Source: a virus (lineage: Duplodnaviria > Caudoviricetes). From it: 64,000 nt of DNA. The position numbers and the translations under genes were made by a program. Where the stretch lies: positions 128,001-192,000 of IMG/VR virus record IMGVR_UViG_3300028048_001169; one strand, given 5' to 3'. The notes beneath the pieces were generated by a model. It did not search any database. It worked only from the letters and a program-made list of their open reading frames with translations, and had not been told where the DNA came from. This document shows, piece by piece, positions 40,536 through 50,700 of the stretch. Every line of letters starts with the position of its first letter. The first letter of the stretch is position 1.

Positions 40536-42638
40536 ATGCATTTAGAGAATTATGGTATCTATAAGGATCTTGTAGAAAATGGTGAAATCAATATCGATAC
40601 AAGTATATTGAATACAACAAATATTGATGATCATTTTAAATGGATTCACAATATTTTATCTGATGGTATTGAGAAACCAGAGATACAGAGCTTAAAGATT
40701 CACATTACATTTGTAGATGGTGTAAAGATTAATCTCTTTATAGAAGATTATATGTTTAATCTAATCTTCTGGAGCATTAGTCTATCTGCAAATCATCCAG
40801 TGTCCTCATTCTATTTCTTTAATTGTGTAACAGAACCAGTTACAAAAGGTAGTATAAAGAAATGGATTGATCAAAAATTTATTGCTATCAATTTAAAATC
40901 AATGGATAATATCCATATGAATCAGTCAATCGATAGAGGTATTTATAAGTTTACTCTGTTAGAGAACTTCCAGATGTATTTGGCAAATACAGTAAACTTG
41001 GAAGATACGATTGCCTTGATGGAGAAGTATCCGGAATTCAACGATACAGTTCACTTTGATCCTACAGGTATTCCTATTGAGGATGTAAAAGAAGAAGGTA
41101 TGAAAGCAACCAACATTCAGATCAATTATATTAAGAATTCTGATCACTGTTTGAAAGATGCTTTTATTGCTGGTGAAGGAATTAATGCAAAGCAGTATAA
41201 AGAAGTATCTGTTAATATTGGTCCTAAACCAGATGGTCAAGGTGGTGTATTCCCGCATCCAATCATGGGATCATTTATCAATGGTGGATTAAAGAATGCA
41301 GAAGAAATCATTGTAGAATCATCCATTGGTAGAATTGCTCAGATATTACAGAAACAGAACGTTGGTCAATCTGGAGCATTTGCTAGAAACCTTGGTCTTA
41401 ATAACCAAGATTCTAGTCTATATCCAGATCCAGATTATGTATGTAATACCAGAAACTTTGAGGTAATCGAGATTGTAAATAAGGATATGCTCGATGAATT
41501 AAATATGCGGTATTATCGAACAAACCCTAGAGGTATCGATTATTGTATCAATGCGTCAAAAGATAAGCATTTGATTGGTCAGACAATTTATCTTCGATCC
41601 CCAATGACATGTGCATCTGCTGCTAGAGGTCAGGGTATCTGCTATAAGTGTTATGGTGATTTAGCATATGTTAATCGCGATATCAATATAGGACAGATTG
41701 CATCAGAGCAGTTATCTGCTGTATATACTCAGACATTATTATCAGCAAAGCATCTGTTAGAATCAGCAATCGTTAAGATGAACTGGACAGAAGGATTCTT
41801 CAATGTCTTTGATGTAGAGTATAACCAGATTACATTCAAAGAGGATATGAATTATCGTGGTTATAAGTTAATCATTAATGATTATTATGATGACGATGAT
41901 GAAGAAGGTGATAATGGAGATCTTACTACATATGTAAATTCTTTTGATATCAAGTTTCCAGATGGTGGCATTGTTACAATGAGAACTACATCAGATAATG
42001 ATGCTGAATTTGATCAGATCTTTATTCATGATGAATTACTTGAATATATGCAGCGTGTAGGAACTGTAGATGATGAGAGTGATCGTTATGAGTTAGATCT
42101 AAACAAGATGCAGGATTTATCTGCTCTGTTTGTAGTAGAGGTTAAGAACAATGAGTTGTCTAAGACTATGAAATCTATTAAGAATATTATTGATAATAAG
42201 AAGATAACAAAGTCTTATGATCGTAATTCTATCTTATCCGATTTCATTACAACAAACTTAGCTGGAAATATCAAAATGGATTCTGTGCATTTTGAGGTAT
42301 TGCTAATGAATCAGATTCGAGCAGCTGATGATATTTTAGAGTTACCGGATTGGTCATTAGAGAATGAGCCTTGCCAGATTCTTACATTGAATGAGTCATT
42401 GACAAATAACCGTTCTATTTCTGTACGTCTACAGTCTTCTAAGATTGCTCGTACATTAACATCACCATCTAATCGTCAATTATCACAGCCTTCTAATATG
42501 GATCTATTCTACATGGAGCAGCCTCAGAAATTCATGACAGATGAGTATGTAAAGTCAACATATGATCCTAATAAGAAGAATAAGAGAGTTATTAAGAAAC
42601 CTCTCTATAAGATTGTTGACGACACTGAGATTAAATAA
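40536..42638 (+). CDS. RNAP beta' C-terminal subunit (putative non-virion)
   Basis: Bridge helix GRIAQILQKQNVGQSGAFARNL; Zn site LRSPMTC...ICYKCYG; trigger loop IGQIASEQL...TQTLLSAKH. Confidence 0.9.
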   Translation: MHLENYGIYKDLVENGEINIDTSILNTTNIDDHFKWIHNILSDGIEKPEIQSLKIHITFVDGVKINLFIEDYMFNLIFWSISLSANHPVSSFYFFNCVTEPVTKGSIKKWIDQKFIAINLKSMDNIHMNQSIDRGIYKFTLLENFQMYLANTVNLEDTIALMEKYPEFNDTVHFDPTGIPIEDVKEEGMKATNIQINYIKNSDHCLKDAFIAGEGINAKQYKEVSVNIGPKPDGQGGVFPHPIMGSFINGGLKNAEEIIVESSIGRIAQILQKQNVGQSGAFARNLGLNNQDSSLYPDPDYVCNTRNFEVIEIVNKDMLDELNMRYYRTNPRGIDYCINASKDKHLIGQTIYLRSPMTCASAARGQGICYKCYGDLAYVNRDINIGQIASEQLSAVYTQTLLSAKHLLESAIVKMNWTEGFFNVFDVEYNQITFKEDMNYRGYKLIINDYYDDDDEEGDNGDLTTYVNSFDIKFPDGGIVTMRTTSDNDAEFDQIFIHDELLEYMQRVGTVDDESDRYELDLNKMQDLSALFVVEVKNNELSKTMKSIKNIIDNKKITKSYDRNSILSDFITTNLAGNIKMDSVHFEVLLMNQIRAADDILELPDWSLENEPCQILTLNESLTNNRSISVRLQSSKIARTLTSPSNRQLSQPSNMDLFYMEQPQKFMTDEYVKSTYDPNKKNKRVIKKPLYKIVDDTEIK

Positions 42639-42663
42639 TTAGTTTTACGAAGGAGAGCATATC

Positions 42664-42882
42664 ATGAAAACCATTGCATGGATTGTACTAGCAGGTACAA
42701 TATTAATCAATATAATTGTTCAGCTTATCTTATATCTAGTATTAGGTAGAAAGTTAAAGCAGAAAGAAGCATTAACTATCAATATCGTTAAATGGTTATC
42801 ATTCATTGGTACAATCGATATGCTCTTCTTTGTAGCTAGTTTAGTTATTCTGATTATGTATCAAGCTAAGGGGATTATGTAA
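42664..42882 (+). CDS. Two-TM membrane protein
   Basis: Two hydrophobic segments. Confidence 0.6.
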   Translation: MKTIAWIVLAGTILINIIVQLILYLVLGRKLKQKEALTINIVKWLSFIGTIDMLFFVASLVILIMYQAKGIM

Positions 42883-44450
42883 TGCCTAAGATTATTATTC
42901 GCAATAGTTGTATTATGATTAGGGATTATGTGTTAGGAAGTTGTCCTCAATTGGAGCGCAACTTCATGGTATATGATCCCATCAGACACACTAAAGATGT
43001 TCTAGGAATGTATTATAGTGCAAAAACATCTACTTTATATATTCCTAGAGGATTAGATATTCCATACATTAAGCATTGTCTTCATATACATGATCATGAA
43101 AATGAGCAACCTAGTAAGTTCAAAGAAACGGATTATATTGGTATGAAATATAAACCAAGAGATAAAGAACAAGAGGAAGCTCTTAAGTTCATGATCGGTA
43201 TTGGAGAACATGAGCAAAATCTATACGAACCTCAATTATCTGTAAATCTGAATACTGGTAAAGGAAAAACATATTGTAGTATTGCTACAATATCGTATAT
43301 GAGAATTAAGAGTATTGTTATTACAGGTAGTATCACATTACTTCATCAGTGGGAACGTGATATTGAGGAGTATACACAGTTACGTAGAAAAGATATTCTA
43401 TTTATCAATGGATCTGATATGATGAATATGATTTATCAAGGTAAATCAAAACGTGCAGAAGAAGCAAGTATTTTCTTATGTACTCATGGTACTATACGTT
43501 CATATTGTGATACCAATGGTTGGAGTCGATTAAATACAATCTTTGAGAATTTAGGAATTGGTATGAAATTTATCGATGAAGCTCATACAAACTTTGTCAA
43601 TATGCTGATGATTGATTTCTTCTCAAATGTATTTAAGACTTACTACGTAACAGCAACACCTGGACGATCTAGTCGACAAGAAGATAAGATTTATCAATTA
43701 TCAATTAAGAATGTACCTGGTATTGATTTATTTGATGAGAATAAAGATCCTCATACAGATTATATTGCAATGAAGTATAATTCTCATCCATCTGCATTGG
43801 TATTATCATCTTGTCGTAACAAGTATGGATTGGATCGTATGAAGTATGTAGATTTCATCACACAGAATGAATATTTCTATCAGATGATGCGTATTGTCAT
43901 GGAAATGTTTTTGAAGTGTGGAGGAAGAGGATTATTCTACGTTGGTACAAATGCTGGTATCGTAAGAGTGTATCATTGGATTTGTACGAATTATCCTCAG
44001 TTGTTAGGACTTGTTGGTATTTATACATCCATTATGTCTAAAGAGGATAAGTTAAAAGAACGAGAAAAGAAACTCATCTTATCTACTACAAAGTCTGCTG
44101 GTTTAGGTGAAGATATAAAAGGATTAAAAATGACTGTTGTATTAGCAGAGCCATTTAAATCCGAAGTATTGACAAGGCAGACTTTAGGACGTACAAGAGA
44201 TGATAATACAATGTATATTGAGTTAGTAGATTTAGGATTCCGTAATATTAGATCCTTCTACTATAGTAAGTTACCAACACTCAATAAGTATGCAAAATCT
44301 GTATCAGATACAACTTTCGATCAATATGAATTATCCAATAGATCAAAGATACTAGAGGATAAACAGAATAAGAAACATTCACCATTTGTATTATATGATG
44401 AACGATTTTTTGATTATACGCAAAAGGAGAGTGAAGAAGATGAATCATAA
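42882..44450 (+). CDS. SF2 DEAH helicase (UvsW-like)
   Basis: TGKGKT, DEAH, TATP, GEDIKGL, QTLGR. Confidence 0.9.
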   Translation: MPKIIIRNSCIMIRDYVLGSCPQLERNFMVYDPIRHTKDVLGMYYSAKTSTLYIPRGLDIPYIKHCLHIHDHENEQPSKFKETDYIGMKYKPRDKEQEEALKFMIGIGEHEQNLYEPQLSVNLNTGKGKTYCSIATISYMRIKSIVITGSITLLHQWERDIEEYTQLRRKDILFINGSDMMNMIYQGKSKRAEEASIFLCTHGTIRSYCDTNGWSRLNTIFENLGIGMKFIDEAHTNFVNMLMIDFFSNVFKTYYVTATPGRSSRQEDKIYQLSIKNVPGIDLFDENKDPHTDYIAMKYNSHPSALVLSSCRNKYGLDRMKYVDFITQNEYFYQMMRIVMEMFLKCGGRGLFYVGTNAGIVRVYHWICTNYPQLLGLVGIYTSIMSKEDKLKEREKKLILSTTKSAGLGEDIKGLKMTVVLAEPFKSEVLTRQTLGRTRDDNTMYIELVDLGFRNIRSFYYSKLPTLNKYAKSVSDTTFDQYELSNRSKILEDKQNKKHSPFVLYDERFFDYTQKESEEDES

Positions 44451-44634
44451 TAATGAAGATCAGTCTGTTAGTCAACTTGAAAAGAAATATATTAAGAATA
44501 ATAATATGTCTGGTCATGTTATTACAGAAGAGCAGGCAAAGATTCGAGAACAAGTGATCGAAGAAGCTAGTAAATCAAGATCAAACAATGATGATATTTT
44601 CTGGCAGAAGTATATGGATCAGCATGATTACTAA
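44440..44634 (+). CDS. Small hypothetical protein
   Basis: AAGGAG RBS; start MNHNNE. Confidence 0.5.
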   Translation: MNHNNEDQSVSQLEKKYIKNNNMSGHVITEEQAKIREQVIEEASKSRSNNDDIFWQKYMDQHDY

Positions 44635-44711
44635 GTAAATTAACTTCCTCATAGTATAATCTATATTATGGGGAGGTAAAATAATTATGGATAAGGAGAG
44701 ATACATATATT

Positions 44712-45107
44712 ATGAACAATAAAGAGCGATTAGTTGCTAAAATTAAAGATGAACGATTTTCTAGATTTAGATTTCCCAATAGAGAAGCAGGAACAATTTC
44801 ATTCTATGCTAATTGTCTAGATGATACAATTGTGGATAGTGAAGATGAAACTATTAGCTCAGCTGATGCTATTCGGGAACTTTGTAAGTTAACTGGTTCT
44901 TTTAATGAGGATAAAGCATTCTATAAAATCAAACCACAAGAAGGAACATCTTACAAATGTACGATGTATTTCAGATTAAGTACATCAGAAGAATGTAAGA
45001 CTATTAGTTATATAGGAGTTGGACATACTCCAGAGGAATCACTGAGAGTAGCGAGATCTGTCTATGATTATTACTATTATAAATATCTAAAAGAATATAG
45101 TAAGTAA
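44712..45107 (+). CDS. Hypothetical protein
   Basis: 131 aa with RBS. Confidence 0.6.
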   Translation: MNNKERLVAKIKDERFSRFRFPNREAGTISFYANCLDDTIVDSEDETISSADAIRELCKLTGSFNEDKAFYKIKPQEGTSYKCTMYFRLSTSEECKTISYIGVGHTPEESLRVARSVYDYYYYKYLKEYSK

Positions 45108-45141
45108 AAATAAGATATTTTAGAAAGATGATATAGATAAC

Positions 45142-45357
45142 ATGGAAGATATTAGAGTTATGACCGATATTAGTAAGCTTATTAAGCGCAAAAACATGGC
45201 ATATGATATTTTATCAGCTATTCGCAATATGAAGGCTAGAGGTTTTAACCTTCCTATTGTAACTGGTAAAAAGGCAGAGGAAGAAGAAAAGAGATTACGC
45301 CAAGAGATCATTACATGTAATGAACGTATAAAGATATTGACGGAGTATAACTGTTAA
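45142..45357 (+). CDS. Hypothetical protein
   Basis: 71 aa, weak RBS. Confidence 0.45.
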   Translation: MEDIRVMTDISKLIKRKNMAYDILSAIRNMKARGFNLPIVTGKKAEEEEKRLRQEIITCNERIKILTEYNC

Positions 45358-45448
45358 TAGTAATAAGCAATAATGGACATATCTCGCTATTTCAAATATA
45401 AAATAAAGTCCCAGTAGGTATTGAGCCTACTGGGTTTCTTTATTTTTT

Positions 45449-47239
45449 CTAAAATACTGGATTTGTAATCTTCTTTTTATCATCATTAAGAATCTTAGTC
45501 AAGTTATAGAGACTCTGTACAACATCACCATCTACAACTCTCATATTCTTAGCACCAAATCCTATGAAGTTCTTTTTACTATTATGGAATTTATGTAATT
45601 CATCATTCGCTTCATCTGTAAATACACCTCTAATTACAACCTGGTCTCCATCATAATCTCCACCCATTCCCTTCAAATACAAATTTGACATATTGAGTGT
45701 ATCAATGAAAGTATCAGATGTATCTTTTCCAATATCGCTATCAGAGAATTTAGGATAATATGGATAATACTCATTCTCTACATACATTGGTTCTGTTTCA
45801 TTGGTTGTTAATATATCAATACCTGTTGTGATTTGGTTTGTTCTAGTATCAACCGGGAAACGTGTAATCAATACCATTTTATTTTTTGTAGCTCGTAATG
45901 CGGAAATATACAATACATCCAGCCAAGTTAAACGACGATTATAAATTGCCTCTGGATTATCTCCTTCATTATAAGTACCTTTGAAGTTCATATAAGCTTT
46001 TGAACCATCTTCCAGTTCTACTTCAATTGGTACAAATCTATTATTATATCCATGAATGAAATGATTCATCTCGGAACGAATTTTATCATCAGAGAACTGT
46101 ATCATTGGATCTTTAACAACACGATATTCTACTTTACCATTCTCCATAACAACTGGATATTGTTCTGTACCTACAAATTCTGTTTCAAACCAACGTCTTA
46201 CGTTAAACTGAACAAATGGAGCAAAACATGCAATCGCTGCTGATAATGGTACTAGAGAAGTATCAAAGTTAGCTCTCATATCTTTAGGGCTATTTGCTTT
46301 TAACTCTGGTGATGAGATTACTAATCGAGCAGCATAATCAGTTGTTTTTGATTGGTTTGCTCTTCTCAGAATACCAAACTTACCAGTTACACCATAACCT
46401 TTTTCATCCTTCTTAATATTTGCATTATTTGTACCAGAGAACCAATCGTAAACCTGAAGTAATAGTTCCTGAGTTCTAAGATCTTGAGGACCACTCATAT
46501 CGAAACCATATTCCTGTGTTGTTTTTACACCAACAGCAGATAGAATTAATTGCTGATATAACTTATTAATCTTACCAACACCAACGGAACCTTTTTTAGA
46601 ATTCTGATTGTTTGTATCACGATAGAATGGTGGGATAACTAAGAATTTATTTGTAAAGATTAAGTTACGGTTCTTCTCCAAGAAATCTAACTTAATATCT
46701 CTTCTCAAAGAAGCAGCACCCGTATCTCTGAAACGAATCTTAGAAATATTCTTCTTTAAGAATTCAATACCTGTTTCTCCATTAGGATCTTTTACTAAGT
46801 ATCCTTTACGATCCAAAGAATATTTATCTATCTTTGCAATAATATCTTTGATTCTTCTATCCAATTTGAACCATGCTTTATAACAAACAGGATTCATAAA
46901 GTATTTGCCTAAATTAATATAAGCAAAGATAGAGGAACGATCCTTCTGTGTAGCACCAAAAATACGATATGATAACAATCCGTCATCATTTGGTTCACCT
47001 GGACGGTTAAAGAAAATTGGATTGGTAACCTCTTGCCAATTATTTACTTTAATAAAACGATCAATATCTAATACTTCTAATTTCAGATGATTAGTAATAG
47101 CAACAATATCTTTCTTTTCTGTAATTGCTGCATCATTCACCATGTCATTAACGTTCTCTATGATATCAATAAGTTCTACTCCTTTAGATTCCATTAAATC
47201 AATAGCGTCTATAATATAAGAACGATCCATAAGTTTCAT
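45449..47239 (-). CDS. RNAP beta' N-terminal subunit (putative virion RNAP)
   Basis: DGLLSYRIFG, VIPPFYRD, GKFGILR, DYAARLVIS, TRFP and GGDYDGDQ; late promoter 47256-47267. Confidence 0.9.
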   Translation of the reverse strand: MKLMDRSYIIDAIDLMESKGVELIDIIENVNDMVNDAAITEKKDIVAITNHLKLEVLDIDRFIKVNNWQEVTNPIFFNRPGEPNDDGLLSYRIFGATQKDRSSIFAYINLGKYFMNPVCYKAWFKLDRRIKDIIAKIDKYSLDRKGYLVKDPNGETGIEFLKKNISKIRFRDTGAASLRRDIKLDFLEKNRNLIFTNKFLVIPPFYRDTNNQNSKKGSVGVGKINKLYQQLILSAVGVKTTQEYGFDMSGPQDLRTQELLLQVYDWFSGTNNANIKKDEKGYGVTGKFGILRRANQSKTTDYAARLVISSPELKANSPKDMRANFDTSLVPLSAAIACFAPFVQFNVRRWFETEFVGTEQYPVVMENGKVEYRVVKDPMIQFSDDKIRSEMNHFIHGYNNRFVPIEVELEDGSKAYMNFKGTYNEGDNPEAIYNRRLTWLDVLYISALRATKNKMVLITRFPVDTRTNQITTGIDILTTNETEPMYVENEYYPYYPKFSDSDIGKDTSDTFIDTLNMSNLYLKGMGGDYDGDQVVIRGVFTDEANDELHKFHNSKKNFIGFGAKNMRVVDGDVVQSLYNLTKILNDDKKKITNPVF

Positions 47240-47317
47240 TCTCCTTTCTTATGATTATCTTAATGTGGACTCTGTAAATTGTTTTGTAATTAATAAATAA
47301 ACAACGTACATCTTTAT

Positions 47318-47735
47318 AATAGAAATTAGTTAGTAGTTATTTGATCAGAAATGATTCATTTACCGTTGTTGGGGTTGCTGTATTATAAGTTATTCTAAAT
47401 CGTAAAGAATAGGCACGATTTATTTTTATAAATCGTGGAATAAATATAAAAGGAGAATTGTTATAACACAGTATTCGCTAACTTTATTTCTAAAATACTT
47501 TTATTATTTATCCAATGATATCATAGACAATCTTTAATTCTAAGACCAAGGATCTTTTCCTATTTTATAAAAAGTTGAGAAAGTGGATTGGATATGATGG
47601 AACAATGTTAATAGAAACAGATAAACTAAGCAAATATTTTCTATTTATTGTTATATATGAATGCAGATAAAACAACAAAACAGATTCTTTGTGTCAAATT
47701 CTCCCTTAAGGTCCCAACCCTTAAGGGAGTTTTTA
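47318..47735 (+). ncRNA. Candidate ORF-less transcript between the divergent virion RNAP genes
   Basis: Late-type promoter at 47307; terminator CTCCCTTAAG...CTTAAGGGAG-TTTTT at 47701-47734. Confidence 0.3.
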
Positions 47736-47781
47736 TGCCTTTCACATAAGTATAATTTATTAAGATTAGGGAGGAAAGCAT

Positions 47782-50700
47782 ATGATTTTCACGAAAGACG
47801 TTAAGAATCTTAAGATTTATAAACGCCAAATGTACTTGCCTACATTAGAGAATGATAGGACAAGTCCTAATAAGAAAACAAATTCTGCTATATTTCTTTT
47901 AACTCCTAATAGAAGATCATCTGTTGCTTTAATGCAACATCCGTTACTTGTGAATAAGTTACGTTATTCTTCTTATTATATTGAAAGAGATATTATGTAC
48001 TTTATAGACTCTAAGTATATGTCAGAAGATGAGTCTTTAGATGAAGCTTACTTATATGAAGATACAACAGATCAGAGTCCAGTTCAATATACTGGATTCG
48101 CACCAGATGTAGAGAAGATTAAATCTATCTTTACAGTAGAAGATTTTAATAATATTCTACAAGATTTAGGAATCAATCATCGTGTATCACTTGTATTAGA
48201 GGTAGGAGATTTTCCAGGAATCGATGAATACTTTGAATTTAGTGTTGCTGATATTGATGATCATACCGTTGTTCGTGTCCATGTTCCTAGACATAATTTA
48301 TCAGAAGGTCTAGAAATGTACAGTCGTCGTATTTTAAACTTTGTATATAAAGCTATTTATATTGCATTTCATCAGGATGAGTATGAAACAAATAATGCAT
48401 CAATTGTTGCTGATACCTATACTGATGCAGATACAAGTTTCAACGGTAGAGACTTAGAAAAGATTATTCGAAATGAAGCAAAATCTGCTCCTATTACAAT
48501 GGATAATCTTGCTAAGAAATTCCGGTATGCAACAACATCGAAGTTCAAACGTCAGTATTCCAAAAAGTTAAATACACTTAAGAGAAATATGGATCAAATT
48601 AGTGATTCTATGAAGATATCACTAAATATTCCTACAGTGGGCTCTACAGCGTCTTCTGGAACTTCCGAGAGTGTTTACACTAAAAACCTCGAAAATCTTC
48701 TCATACGACTTGATGAGGGTGCTGATTATATGAGATTTGGGGCTTCTACGATAGCTTTCTCTGAAGCTAGCTATGCAAAGTATGATATGCAGTTAAAACG
48801 AATGCTGTTTAAAGATCGTATCAAGAAGAGAAAAACAATTCTTGATTTAGATGATCAAATGAAAGCAGAGATTCCTGATATCAAGTTTGCTTATCCAGAA
48901 TTAGGTCGTTATAATAAGAAGAATTTATTCGTAGATCTTTATTATTATAATCAGAGTTTCTTCAAGAATAATACATGGAAGATGAAGAGAGGTTTTGATT
49001 TATATCTTGATTTATTGGATCGTATTATTAATGATAATCGTATTACAGAAGCTGGTTATAAAAAGAAGACAATCTTCATTCCTATTATGGATTGGACTAA
49101 TAATCCAAATACGAGGATGTGGCTATATAAAGAGACAATTAATCCAATGAGTATTATCTATGAATTAATGCTAAAAGATCCTCAGAAGATTAAGAAGGTA
49201 TTTGGTGATAAAGATGTATTCTTCTTTTCTAAAGATAAATACTTTAAGTTGAACTTTATGGATATAGTAACTCCTAGAGAGATGAAAGCTGCTTCTAATA
49301 AGTTCCGTGTATTTATTCAGAAGATTGTTGCTAATAGTGATTTTGAACCAGAAGATCTAGATTCTGATGTAAGTAATTCACCAGATGCAGTAAAAACTGC
49401 TATATATGATAAGATTGAAGTAGCTAAGGGTGTTGATCTTACTGGTAAAGAAAAAGCATCAAAAGCTGATTTAGAAGCATTAGCAAAGCATAATCCTAAA
49501 GTGGCAGCTAAGAATCTTCCATTTGATACTTCGGTAATCTCTAAGAATAATTCTGCTGTTGATGCTAAAACATCAGGTGAGAAAGAATTAGAAAAAGAAG
49601 AAAAAGATGGCGAAGTAACAGCTTCTGTTGATACATTAAAGAAGTTAGAGCGAGAAGATGATTTACAACGATTAGCTTCTAAGATCGATCATCTTAGTAC
49701 TGATGCAGTAGATGCTGAAGAAGTATTAAATAAGATGGATAATGATCAAGATATCAAAGAACTTATTATGGCTCTGGATAAGAGTAATAATGATAGTGTT
49801 GATATTTCTGCTACAAGAGCTGCTCGTATTAATAAATTATCTGATGATTTGATGACAAAAGAAATCAATGGTGTATCAGTAAAAGATTTATTAAACACAA
49901 AGTCAAATAAGCAGACAATAAAGACTTCTAGTCTACCAGTAAATTCTGTTAGTGATAGTTGGCAGAATATGACCTATATGAACTTTGATAAGAACTATAA
50001 TATTGATCAGGATGTTGTAGCTTGCTTTAATCATTTTGCTACGGTTAGTATGCCATTTGCTATTCGAGATATTACAGTAGAAGATACATCTACATCGGAA
50101 GATCGTATTGAAACTTATAATGTCAAGATTGAGGATTTTAGAGATAAAAATAATCGTCAGACAATTAAGTTAGATATACCAATAATAGAAGATAACCGTT
50201 TCTTATTAAGAGGAAATGCAAAGGTTATCTCTACACAGTTCTTGAATATGCCTGTATTAAAGACAGACTTAGATACAGCACAGATTATTACAAACTATCA
50301 GAAAATCTTTATAAGAAGATTTAGAACATCAACAGGCCGTTCTAATCCAATCGCTTCTTCTTTAATCAAAGCTCTTCAGAAGTATAAGGGTAGAGATTTA
50401 AAGATTAGCTTTGGTGATAATAGCCGTATCTCTAACTCTTATCAATTACCAATAGATTATATTGATATCTCTGGTGTTATTAATAGTATTGAATATCCTG
50501 AAAAGAATATTAAGATCTATTTCTCACAGAAAGAGATTCATAATGATTATCCAAATATTAACGATGCGAAGGGTGTTCCTTACATGGTTAATACAAAGAC
50601 AAAAGCAATTACATACTATAACGATATGCATGAATTCTTTGCTAGTAAAGTGGTTGATGCTTTGTCCAGTTCAAAAGGATTTATGGAATTATACAGTACA

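Noticed and set aside
47318-47735. tmRNA or RNase P RNA
   Set aside because: GGGGTTG and ACAAAACA give a superficial resemblance, but I could not find a tRNA-like acceptor/T arm, a tag ending in AA-stop, or the P4 pairing.
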